A stretch of 64,000 bases of DNA from a bacterium BMS3Abin06 (GTDB lineage Bacteria > Nitrospirota > Thermodesulfovibrionia > UBA6902): NCBI GenBank assembly GCA_002897895.1, contig BDSY01000058.1, forward strand, positions 40,109-104,108, in the 5' to 3' direction. Shown piece by piece: positions 38,159-46,333 of this stretch (its first letter is position 1; every line of letters begins with the position of its first letter). The position numbers and the translations under genes were made by a program. The notes below the pieces were generated by a model. The model did not search any database, was not told the DNA's origin, and worked only from the letters and a program-made list of their open reading frames with translations.

Positions 38159-38365
38159 ATGAAAATAAAATATTTTTCCGATACAGATACGGCATTATTG
38201 GAATTTTCTGAGAATGAAGTATACGAAACAAAAGAAATAAATGAAAATATATACATTGACCTGGGCAAGGATGGCAAGTTAATAAGTATGACAATAGAAC
38301 ACGCTAAAGAGCAGGCAACAATAAAAGAGTTCTCCTATCAGGAAATTGAGAAAGAAATTGCATGA
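38159..38365 (+). CDS. DUF2283-like small protein (putative antitoxin)
   Basis: MKIKYFSDTDTALLEFSENEV... has a typical DUF2283 start. Its start abuts the previous stop. Confidence 0.5.
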   Translation: MKIKYFSDTDTALLEFSENEVYETKEINENIYIDLGKDGKLISMTIEHAKEQATIKEFSYQEIEKEIA

Positions 38366-38439
38366 CTGGATAACAAGACAGTTGTTATCTTCCCAATTAA
38401 ACCAACTCAAAGAATAATCCAATCGTCAGTGGGGGCGCC

Positions 38440-38557
38440 ACAGAACACTGAAAGGACAATTTCAACAGCCTGTCAAGGGCTGATCCCGTTCAGTCTCCCT
38501 TGGATATTATGTTAATATTTGAAATCGTTCTTATAGCTTGCATCCTCGTCGCAGGTA
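38440..38557. repeat. 118-bp direct repeat copy B (native 5' region of the methyltransferase gene)
   Basis: See copy A. Confidence 0.8.
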
Positions 38558-39069
38558 TGCTTATTGTGTTGACATCGATGAAAACCGGCATTTCTCCTTC
38601 CCCGAGTTCAAGCAAGACTGTCCGGGCAATGATGGCAACTATGGAAGATTCAGGAGCAGGACCTATCGTGGACCTGGGGTCCGGGTGGGGAACACTCGTT
38701 ATCGCATTCGCCGGAAAGTACCCGCAGCGACAGGTGATTGGTTATGAATTATCACTGGTTCCATGGTTATTCTCATCGATTCGCAAGTCTGTCTCGCGAT
38801 TGAACAATCTGACCCTGTATCGCAAAGATTTCCGGAATGCCGACCTCTCTCATGCATCTGTCCTCACATGTTACCTGTTCCCCGGGGGCATGGTTTCTCT
38901 TAAGGAAAAACTGGAACGCGACAAGATAACAGAAGTCCTCATTGTGAGCAGCACATTTGCACTGCCATCATCAGAGCCAACCAGGGTTATTCGGGTAAAG
39001 GACATGTACAGAACTCCGATTTATCTGTATCATCAAAGCCGGAGGGCCGTGTGTGGTCAATCTTTATAA
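38500..39069 (+). CDS. Small membrane-anchored class I SAM-dependent methyltransferase
   Basis: N-terminal TM helix and motif I VDLGSGWGT. Confidence 0.55.
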   Translation: MDIMLIFEIVLIACILVAGMLIVLTSMKTGISPSPSSSKTVRAMMATMEDSGAGPIVDLGSGWGTLVIAFAGKYPQRQVIGYELSLVPWLFSSIRKSVSRLNNLTLYRKDFRNADLSHASVLTCYLFPGGMVSLKEKLERDKITEVLIVSSTFALPSSEPTRVIRVKDMYRTPIYLYHQSRRAVCGQSL

Positions 39070-39267
39070 TTGACAAAAATAAAATGCTCTGACTTAGTTT
39101 CAAAACAGCGGCATACAGAAAACATGGTCTGCGCCACAATAAGTAATGCGCAATATTTCTGAAACCAATTCTTGCATTTGAGTATCAACACTCGCTTGTG
39201 CAAGGATGAGTTGTTTTTCCCTTCTGAAAATGGTAGTATTTATTCATACCGGCAAGGAGGCTTTTCA

Positions 39268-39504
39268 ATGGCAACAGCAGTAAAGAAAACAATATCACTT
39301 CCACCTGAACTCGCAAAAGAAGCTGAAGAGATTGCCCGCGAGGAAGGGAAGCCGCTGAGTGTTGTAATTCAGGATGCCCTGCGGCTCGCCAGAAAAGAAA
39401 GACTCAAAAAGGGATTTAAAGAATTACAGGGATACTGGAGTAGTAAAGCTAAAGAAAAAGGTATCCTAACCGAAAAAGATCTGCAGAAATACCTCAAAAA
39501 ATGA
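39268..39504 (+). CDS. Ribbon-helix-helix (CopG-like) antitoxin
   Basis: SD AAGGAGG. MATAVKKTISLPPELAKEAEEIAREEGK.... The start is chosen downstream of the ORF-track start. Confidence 0.55.
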   Translation: MATAVKKTISLPPELAKEAEEIAREEGKPLSVVIQDALRLARKERLKKGFKELQGYWSSKAKEKGILTEKDLQKYLKK

Positions 39505-39893
39505 GGGTTGTTTTTGATTCAAATATTTTCATTTCCGCCCTCATTATTCACGGCAGCCGGGCTGAAAAGGCAATTGTCAGGATTGTCAATAATCAGGATA
39601 TACTTGTCCTGTCCAAGACGATCATTGATGAGGTATTATCCGTTCTTGCTAAAAAATTCAGTCGTGACAGAGAGGCTATAAGCCGTGTTGCAGTTTATCT
39701 TGATGAGCTGGGAGATATCGTTTGTCCAATCAAGATGCTCAAGATATTCAGGGACGATCCTGATAACAGGATTCTTGAATGCGCAGTCAGCGGAAAAGCA
39801 GACGCAATCGTAACCGGTGATAAAGAAATGCTCAGTTTAAAGGAGTATAAAGGGATAAAGATAATGACTCTAAGAGATTATATGGAGCATTAA
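39501..39893 (+). CDS. PIN-domain toxin (VapC-like)
   Basis: MRVVFDSNIFISAL start and conserved acidic residues; overlaps the antitoxin stop. Confidence 0.65.
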   Translation: MRVVFDSNIFISALIIHGSRAEKAIVRIVNNQDILVLSKTIIDEVLSVLAKKFSRDREAISRVAVYLDELGDIVCPIKMLKIFRDDPDNRILECAVSGKADAIVTGDKEMLSLKEYKGIKIMTLRDYMEH

Positions 39894-39941
39894 CAATTAA
39901 TTTTCCGCGCCGCATTCTTTCTTTAAACCCATATAGGAATA

Positions 39942-41087
39942 TTGTTTATGTATGAATATCAGAGGAATAAGCTTTATTTTGCCCAGATTGCAGATGGGAT
40001 AAAAGAACTGGGGGTAGAGGAACTGTCTGAACTTGGTGCGCGTAAAGTCAGCCCTGCATATGGGGGGATTTATTTTAATGCGGACAGGGAAGCGCTTTAT
40101 CGAATCAATTATTTCACAAGATTTGCTTCAAGAATTCTTGCGCCCCTCGTCTCGTTTGATTGCGGCACTTCCGATCAATTATACGAAAAGGCAAAACAGA
40201 TAAACTGGCCGGATTTTATTTCCGGGAAAAATACATTTGCCGTATTCGGTAATGTATCAAACAGCATGATAACTAATTCACATTATGCATCTCTACGTTT
40301 AAAAGATGGAATTGCCGATTCATTCCGGGAGATATCCGGGAAAAGGCCTGATGTTGACTCAAGAAATCCGGATATATGGCTGAACCTCCACATCAGAGAT
40401 GACAAAGCCGTGATTAGTCTGGATACATCCGGAGGTTCTCTTCATCGCCGGGGATACAGAAAAGATTCCGTGTCTGCACCAATGCAGGAGACGGTTGCTG
40501 CGGCGATTATCAGATATGCAGAATGGAATGGAGAAGTTCCGCTTTATGATCCAATGTGCGGTTCCGGCACTTTACTCTGTGAAGCGTTGATGCATTACTG
40601 CAAAATCCCTTCAGCTATTTTTCGTGAACACTTTGGATTTGAATTTTTGCCGGACTATGATAGCTCAGTATGGAAAAAAGTCAAAAAAGAACTTAACGGG
40701 CAAATCCGGGACCTGCCTGAAGGATGTATTGTCGGCAGTGATTTATCCCCAAAAGCTGTTGAAATATCAAGGCTGAATATATGTAATTTGGAGTATGGAG
40801 AAAAAATAAAACTTGAAGCGCTTGATTTCAGAAAAATCAAAGGTCTGGAAAATGGAATTATTATTACAAATCCTCCGTACGGCATCCGTATGGGAAACAG
40901 GCAGGAACTTGATCTCCTTTACAAATCGCTTGGAGATTTTTTAAAACAGAAATGCAAAGGTTCTGCTGCCTATATTTATTTCGGTGAACGGGAATTTATA
41001 AAAAAAATCGGCCTGAAACCGACCTGGAAAAAGCCGTTGAAAACAGGCGGCCTTGATGGAAGATTAGTAAAATATGAGATGTTTTAA
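39942..41087 (+). CDS. THUMP-domain RNA (guanine-N2) methyltransferase, RlmL/Trm14-like
   Basis: NPPYG motif (IITNPPYGIRMG) and a SAM-binding DPMCGSGT. Confidence 0.7.
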   Translation: MFMYEYQRNKLYFAQIADGIKELGVEELSELGARKVSPAYGGIYFNADREALYRINYFTRFASRILAPLVSFDCGTSDQLYEKAKQINWPDFISGKNTFAVFGNVSNSMITNSHYASLRLKDGIADSFREISGKRPDVDSRNPDIWLNLHIRDDKAVISLDTSGGSLHRRGYRKDSVSAPMQETVAAAIIRYAEWNGEVPLYDPMCGSGTLLCEALMHYCKIPSAIFREHFGFEFLPDYDSSVWKKVKKELNGQIRDLPEGCIVGSDLSPKAVEISRLNICNLEYGEKIKLEALDFRKIKGLENGIIITNPPYGIRMGNRQELDLLYKSLGDFLKQKCKGSAAYIYFGEREFIKKIGLKPTWKKPLKTGGLDGRLVKYEMF

Positions 41088-41091
41088 ATAA

Positions 41092-41583
41092 ATGGAAGAG
41101 AAAAGTAAAACACAAAGGAAAAAAGAAGCTCAGTCTTTGCAGGTGCTTGGAGAGAAGCTTGTGAAATTGTCAATTGAACAGATCAAAGAGATTGATCTGC
41201 CGGTTGAAATTTACGACGCCGTCAAATTTGCAAAAACAATTAAAAAACATGGTGCGATTAAAAGGCAGATGCAGTACATTGGTACAGTGATGCGAAAATA
41301 TGATCCTGAGCCTATTCGGGAAGCCCTTGATAATATAGAACATGGGAACTACAAAAAAGCCATGGCATTCAAAGAGATAGAAGAATGGCGGGATGAACTT
41401 ATAGCCGGAAATAAAATGCTTATGGAAGAAATATTGGAAAAATGTCCTGATGCAGACCGGCAGCAATTAACCCAGCTTGTTCGGAATGCTATCAGGGAAA
41501 TGGAGAATAATAAGCCGCCCAGGGCATCCCGGACATTATTCCATTATCTATCTAAAGAAAATAAGAAACAGGTAAGATATTAA
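41092..41583 (+). CDS. yjgA: Ribosome-associated protein YjgA/DarP (DUF615)
   Basis: QMQYIGTVMRKYDPEPIREALD and PDADRQQLTQLVRNAIRE...NKPP match the E. coli YjgA pattern. Confidence 0.7.
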   Translation: MEEKSKTQRKKEAQSLQVLGEKLVKLSIEQIKEIDLPVEIYDAVKFAKTIKKHGAIKRQMQYIGTVMRKYDPEPIREALDNIEHGNYKKAMAFKEIEEWRDELIAGNKMLMEEILEKCPDADRQQLTQLVRNAIREMENNKPPRASRTLFHYLSKENKKQVRY

Positions 41584-41607
41584 AAATCCAATAAAGTGAG
41601 GTTGAAG

Positions 41608-41925
41608 ATGAAAGAATATGTCATGATTCCTTTTCAGGTAGAGGAGGACAAATTAGAAGAGGCGAAGAAGGCCATAAATGAGCTTATCTCTAATGTTCGT
41701 GAGAATGAGCCCGGAACGCTGCTTTACAAATCACTTCAGTTAAAGAAAGACCCGACAAGTTTCGTTCATTTTATGGTTTTTGCCGATAATGCTTCTCACA
41801 TGCATCACCGCACCGCTAAATATGTATTGGAATTTGTGAAAAAACTTTATTCTCTTTGCCCTAATGAACCGTATCCGATTTTTCTTGAGAATTTTGATTC
41901 ATGCGGTATTGCTTTAGAACCATAA
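41608..41925 (+). CDS. Antibiotic-biosynthesis-monooxygenase (ABM/Dabb-like) small alpha+beta barrel protein
   Basis: About 105 aa with a ferredoxin-like fold pattern. Confidence 0.35.
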   Translation: MKEYVMIPFQVEEDKLEEAKKAINELISNVRENEPGTLLYKSLQLKKDPTSFVHFMVFADNASHMHHRTAKYVLEFVKKLYSLCPNEPYPIFLENFDSCGIALEP

Positions 41926-41953
41926 AGGTAGTGGGTCATTTTGGGATAATAGT

Positions 41954-42376
41954 TCACGAATTTTTTATAGAGAAACATCTTTTTGGATAATTTATTTTAA
42001 GAGTAAAATTATCTAAAAAACTTCTAACACCCAATAAAACGATATTTAAGCCTTCAGAAAAATCAATAGATTTATCAGGGATACTGTAAATGACTTTATT
42101 TTGTTTTATGTCAAATATTTCAATTGTTGTTGTGTGTGAATATGCAGTAGTCAGACCTCCAGCAGTATGAACAGGCTTAGCCGTTCCATTTTCAAGTTTA
42201 TGCCCTAATTGTTCAGTTAAGAAAGCAGGCATAGTACAATCATCTGCCCCTGTATCAATCAAACCGTAAGTATCGATATGTTTACGCGTATGCGGATTAG
42301 TTATTCTAACAGGCAACCAGGGACGTTCTACATCATTTTTCCTTAAACATAAGAACGGGAAGTCTGTTATTGGCAT
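41954..42376 (-). CDS. Retropepsin-like aspartic protease (clan AA)
   Basis: GLIDTGAD (D-T/S-G-A) active-site motif. Confidence 0.6.
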   Translation of the reverse strand: MPITDFPFLCLRKNDVERPWLPVRITNPHTRKHIDTYGLIDTGADDCTMPAFLTEQLGHKLENGTAKPVHTAGGLTTAYSHTTTIEIFDIKQNKVIYSIPDKSIDFSEGLNIVLLGVRSFLDNFTLKINYPKRCFSIKNS

Positions 42377-42594
42377 TAATATATATGTACCATACCCTTT
42401 TTAGGTACATAAAATATTACAGGGTTTCTTGCGCCCTTCTTTTTTGCATTGTTGAAAACTTTTGCGGGATCAGAGCCGGAACTTAGCACCTCATTGTTCT
42501 TAAAAGAACGAGTGGCAACATATTTGCCATCATACTTACTGCCATCTTTTAACAAAATAGTAGCTTGCATATTGTTCCTCTCTTTCTTCTTCAT
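42376..42594 (-). CDS. Small hypothetical protein immediately upstream of the retropepsin-like gene
   Basis: 72 aa. Its stop is adjacent to the start of the downstream gene. Confidence 0.3.
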   Translation of the reverse strand: MKKKERNNMQATILLKDGSKYDGKYVATRSFKNNEVLSSGSDPAKVFNNAKKKGARNPVIFYVPKKGMVHIY

Positions 42595-42967
42595 GGTTTT
42601 TATATCGGGATATCATTACTTTTACTTTAATTATAGAATGATAAGGGTAATAGTCAATAGAAAGCACAAAAACGGTATCTCTTTTGGCCCAATGTTCATA
42701 GATTATTATTAATTTATTATAGGATTCTGTCAAGCATTATTTGGATATTAAGAAATATTATACTATGCAGATAATATGGGAATATGTGTGACCTGTTCTA
42801 CAATAGAACGGGCAAGGACATTAATATCTTTGGAAGGTTTTTGCGTTACGGGTTTTTTGCTTGACCGTTTAGGCATGTTTTATTCTAACATGCCGTACTG
42901 TCATTGTCTATAACCATGAAATCCAAACTGACCCACTACCATAAAAAAGACAATAAAAAAGACTTTC

Positions 42968-43147
42968 TTGACACACTGTTTTTGAAGCAGTATACTTAAA
43001 ACTTACCTGGGGGAGGCGATGCCTGAGAGTCCCGGCTATTCGGGAGACCCCTTGAACCTGAACTGGTTAATGCCAGCGGAGGAAAGGATAAATAGCACCT
43101 TATACCGTATTCCCGCAGGTAGTTACCATAAGGGAATACGGTTTTTT
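42968..43147 (+). ncRNA. Promoter (TTGACA-17-TATACT) plus TPP (THI-box) riboswitch with terminator expression platform
   Basis: CTGAGA, ACCC and TTGAACCTGAACTGGTTAATGCCAGCGGAGG THI-box core. An 11-bp perfect hairpin ACCGTATTCCC/GGGAATACGGT with a T-run lies at 43104..43147. Confidence 0.8.
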
Positions 43148-43159
43148 ATTTGGAGAAAA

Positions 43160-44476
43160 ATGGATCAAAAAGAACTCACGAAATCCGATGCATTATATAT
43201 CAGGGATATCCTTGCGAAATCTCTTGATATGCAATCATTGAACCTTACCGAGGTCTCGGCGCTTTTAGAAGTAAGCGACAGGTACCTGTGGTCGGAGATA
43301 TTTGATGCTGCACGCAGTGTAAAGGAAAAGGTTTATGGAAAAAGGATCGTGCTCTTTGCCCCGCTCTATCTGTCAAACGAGTGCATGAATGACTGTTTGT
43401 ATTGTGGTTTCAGAAAGGGCAACACGGATGCAAAGAGAAAAACGCTTACTGTAAATGAAGCGCTCGAAGAGGCGGCCCTGCTTGCAGGCAGGGGATATAA
43501 AAGGCTTCTGCTTGTTTCGAGTGAACATCCAAAACGTGCGGGTATTGATTATTTTGAAAAAATTACAGATGCAATTTATAAGAAAACGGATATTCGGATC
43601 CTGCACGTAAACTCCGCCCCTATGAGCGTGGATGATTTTAAAAGGCTCAAGGCCTCGGGTGTTGGTGTATATCAGTGCTTCCAGGAGACATATCACATGC
43701 CGACTTACAGGTTTATGCATCCGACAGGGTCTAAATCGGATTATGCATGGCGTCTGGGAGTAATGGACAGGGCAATAGAAGCCGGCTTTGAGGATGTGGG
43801 AATGGGCGTGCTGCTTGGCCTTTATGACTGGCGCTGGGATGTGGCTGCATTGATTGCCCATTGCCGGAGGCTTATTAATAAATACGGATTCGGCCCTCAC
43901 ACCCTCTCTGTTCCGAGATTGCAGCCGGCACAGGGTTCTAAGGCGGATAATTTACGGTACAGGGTTTCGGACGATGACCTCAAAAAAATAGTCGCTATTT
44001 ACAGGCTGGCCCTGCCTTATGTCGGCGTTGTTGTTTCTACGAGAGAGCCGTCCGGACTCAGGGATGAACTGTTTTCATCAGGTGCGTCGCAGGTGTCGGC
44101 GGGGTCAAAGACGAGCCCGTGGGGCTATATGAAGGACGGTGATACCGAACAGTTTGAGATTGGAGACAGCAGGAGTCTTGAAGAGGTCATAGGGAAGATT
44201 GCAAGCCTTGGACTCATGCCGAGTCTCTGCACAGCCTGTTACAGGGAAGGCAGGAGCGGAGAGCGGTTTAAGAATCTTGCGGAGGAGACAACTATTAAAA
44301 ACTTCTGTCATGAAAATGCCCTCTTGTCTCTCAAAGAATACGTGGAAGATTGTGCATCAGGTGAAGTGAAAAAAGAATTAACAAAAATATTGAATGAAGA
44401 AATCGCTAAAAGCCGGAACGGTCTTGCTGAAAAGTTTAAACTTATTGAGGCTGGTAAGAGGGATATGCATGTATGA
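43160..44476 (+). CDS. thiH: ThiH/HydG-family tyrosine-lyase radical SAM enzyme (thiazole biosynthesis context; HydG-like C-terminal CX2CX22C)
   Basis: CMNDCLYC rSAM motif. C-terminal CTAC-22 residues-C. Sits behind the TPP riboswitch and ahead of thiSGEC. The start is reset to the ATG after the riboswitch. Confidence 0.65.
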   Translation: MDQKELTKSDALYIRDILAKSLDMQSLNLTEVSALLEVSDRYLWSEIFDAARSVKEKVYGKRIVLFAPLYLSNECMNDCLYCGFRKGNTDAKRKTLTVNEALEEAALLAGRGYKRLLLVSSEHPKRAGIDYFEKITDAIYKKTDIRILHVNSAPMSVDDFKRLKASGVGVYQCFQETYHMPTYRFMHPTGSKSDYAWRLGVMDRAIEAGFEDVGMGVLLGLYDWRWDVAALIAHCRRLINKYGFGPHTLSVPRLQPAQGSKADNLRYRVSDDDLKKIVAIYRLALPYVGVVVSTREPSGLRDELFSSGASQVSAGSKTSPWGYMKDGDTEQFEIGDSRSLEEVIGKIASLGLMPSLCTACYREGRSGERFKNLAEETTIKNFCHENALLSLKEYVEDCASGEVKKELTKILNEEIAKSRNGLAEKFKLIEAGKRDMHV

Positions 44477-44630
44477 ATTTAGAGTCTGTGTATAAATAAC
44501 GCAAATGCTCAAAAGCATGTCATTCCCGCAAGCGAAGCGAGTCGGGAATCCTTCTTAAAGAAACGATTCCGGACAAGCCGGAATGACAGAAAAACGACAA
44601 CTGTTAGACTTTATACACAGACACTAATTA
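44476..44630. mobile_element. MITE-like element, copy 2 (155 bp; right TIR identical to copy 1, left TIR 18/21)
   Basis: TTTATACACAGACACTAATTA at 44610..44630, in the thiH-thiS intergenic region. Confidence 0.6.
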
Positions 44631-44646
44631 AGGGCGAGACTTAAAA

Positions 44647-44847
44647 ATGAAATTAATATTAAATGGCAATGAGACTGAATTCAGTGATGATCTTACGGTC
44701 GCAGGACTATTGAAGAATCTTGAGATCGAGCCTGTAAGGGTTGCGGTTGAGGTTAATCTGAATATTCTCAAAAAATGTGATTTTAAAAAGCATGTCCTGA
44801 AAGATGGCGATGCGGTGGAGATAGTTAATTTTGTAGGGGGAGGGTAG
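44647..44847 (+). CDS. thiS: Sulfur-carrier protein ThiS (ends Gly-Gly)
   Basis: 66 aa ending ...NFVGGG. Confidence 0.75.
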   Translation: MKLILNGNETEFSDDLTVAGLLKNLEIEPVRVAVEVNLNILKKCDFKKHVLKDGDAVEIVNFVGGG

Positions 44848-44854
44848 GAATTTA

Positions 44855-45625
44855 ATGGATAACAAATTAGTAATCAGAGGTATTGAGTTTAAGTCCCGTC
44901 TCTGGGTCGGGACAGGGAAGTATAAAGACTTTGAAGAGACTGCAAGGGCTATTGAGGCATCCGGCGCTGATGTTGTCACTGTTGCGGTAAGAAGGACAAA
45001 TATATTTGACAGAAAGTCGAAAAATCTGCTGGATTACATTGATCCTGAAAAATACAAAATTCTTCCCAATACAGCGGGCTGTTATACGGTTGAGGATGCT
45101 TTAAGGTACTCCAGGCTTGCAAGAGAAGCAGGGGTATCCGACCTTATCAAACTTGAAGTCATTGGTGATGAAAAGACTCTTTTCCCGGACAATATCGGTC
45201 TTTTAGAGGCAACTGAGATACTGGCAAAAGAAGGATTTATTGTCCTTCCTTATACTAACGATGACCCGGTTATGGCACAGAGGCTTGTCGATGCAGGAGC
45301 TGCTGCGGTTATGCCGCTTGCCGCGCCGATAGGGTCGGGGCTGGGAATACGAAATCCGTATAACATAAAAATCATTCTTGAACAGGCTAAAGTTCCGATT
45401 ATTGTTGATGCCGGAGTCGGCACTGCCTCTGATGTTGCAATTGCAATGGAATTAGGCTGCGATGCAGTTCTATTAAATACGGCGATAGCAGGGGCCGAAT
45501 ATCCTGTTGCCATGGCAGAAGCCATGAAACACGCTGTCATGGCAGGCCGTCTGGCTTATAAGGCAGGCAGGATTCCGAGGAAGCTTTATGCAACTGCAAG
45601 CAGTCAGATTGAGGGAATGCTGTAA
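44855..45625 (+). CDS. thiG: Thiazole synthase
   Basis: ThiG TIM-barrel signature; 256 aa. Confidence 0.85.
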   Translation: MDNKLVIRGIEFKSRLWVGTGKYKDFEETARAIEASGADVVTVAVRRTNIFDRKSKNLLDYIDPEKYKILPNTAGCYTVEDALRYSRLAREAGVSDLIKLEVIGDEKTLFPDNIGLLEATEILAKEGFIVLPYTNDDPVMAQRLVDAGAAAVMPLAAPIGSGLGIRNPYNIKIILEQAKVPIIVDAGVGTASDVAIAMELGCDAVLLNTAIAGAEYPVAMAEAMKHAVMAGRLAYKAGRIPRKLYATASSQIEGML

Positions 45626-45629
45626 GGAA

Positions 45630-45657
45630 AATTACGAATTACGAATTAGGAATTACG
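45630..45657. repeat. Heptamer tandem repeat (AATTACG)x4, one variant unit
   Basis: Read directly, between thiG and thiE. Confidence 0.8.
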
Positions 45658-45683
45658 AATTGGTTGATTTTAATTTATATCTT

Positions 45684-46304
45684 ATGACTGATAGAAAACG
45701 GTTGTTGAAAACTCAAAATCCGAAACTCGAAACCCGGAAATTATTATCTGCTGTAAGGCAGGCGTTAAAAGGCGGGGTAAGGGCAATCCAGGTTAGAGAA
45801 AAAGATCTGGATACACGGGAGCTTTTGAAGCTGGCATATAAAATGAGAGACCTGACAAATAATTTTAATGCGCGTCTTTTTATAAACGACAGGTTTGATA
45901 TTGCGCTTGCAGTCGGCGCTGATGGTGTCCACCTTGCGCAAAACAGTATTCCGGTTGAAGCTGTTAGAAATGCAGTAAAGAAAAAACTTGTGATCGGGGT
46001 TTCGACACATTCTTTGAAAGAGGCAAAGGCTGCTGAAAAGGGAGGGGCTGATTTTATTACTCTCGGCCCTGTTTACAGAACACCGTCAAAACTGAAATAC
46101 GGTGACCCTGTAGGTCTGGATACTTTAAGCAAAGTAAGCGGTACAATAAAAATTCCGGTCTTTGCAATCGGTGGAATAAAGAGAGACAGGATAGAAAAAG
46201 TAAAGAAAGCAGGGGCCTTCGGGGTTGCAATGATATCGGAAATATTTGGAGCTGAGGATATAAAAGAAAGAGCAAATGAAATAAATCAAAAATTGGAAAC
46301 TTGA
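45684..46304 (+). CDS. thiE: Thiamine-phosphate synthase
   Basis: LYLMTD start and TMP-TENI pattern. The start is chosen downstream of the ORF-track start, which runs through the heptamer repeat. Confidence 0.75.
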   Translation: MTDRKRLLKTQNPKLETRKLLSAVRQALKGGVRAIQVREKDLDTRELLKLAYKMRDLTNNFNARLFINDRFDIALAVGADGVHLAQNSIPVEAVRNAVKKKLVIGVSTHSLKEAKAAEKGGADFITLGPVYRTPSKLKYGDPVGLDTLSKVSGTIKIPVFAIGGIKRDRIEKVKKAGAFGVAMISEIFGAEDIKERANEINQKLET

Positions 46305-46333
46305 GTTTGAACGAAGTTTTTTAAGGAGAATTT

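Noticed and set aside
43019-43159. N-terminal 47 codons of the ORF-track thiH ORF (MPESPGYSGDPLNLNWLMP...)
   Set aside because: This segment is the TPP riboswitch aptamer and terminator. The true start is the ATG at 43160 after a GGAG.
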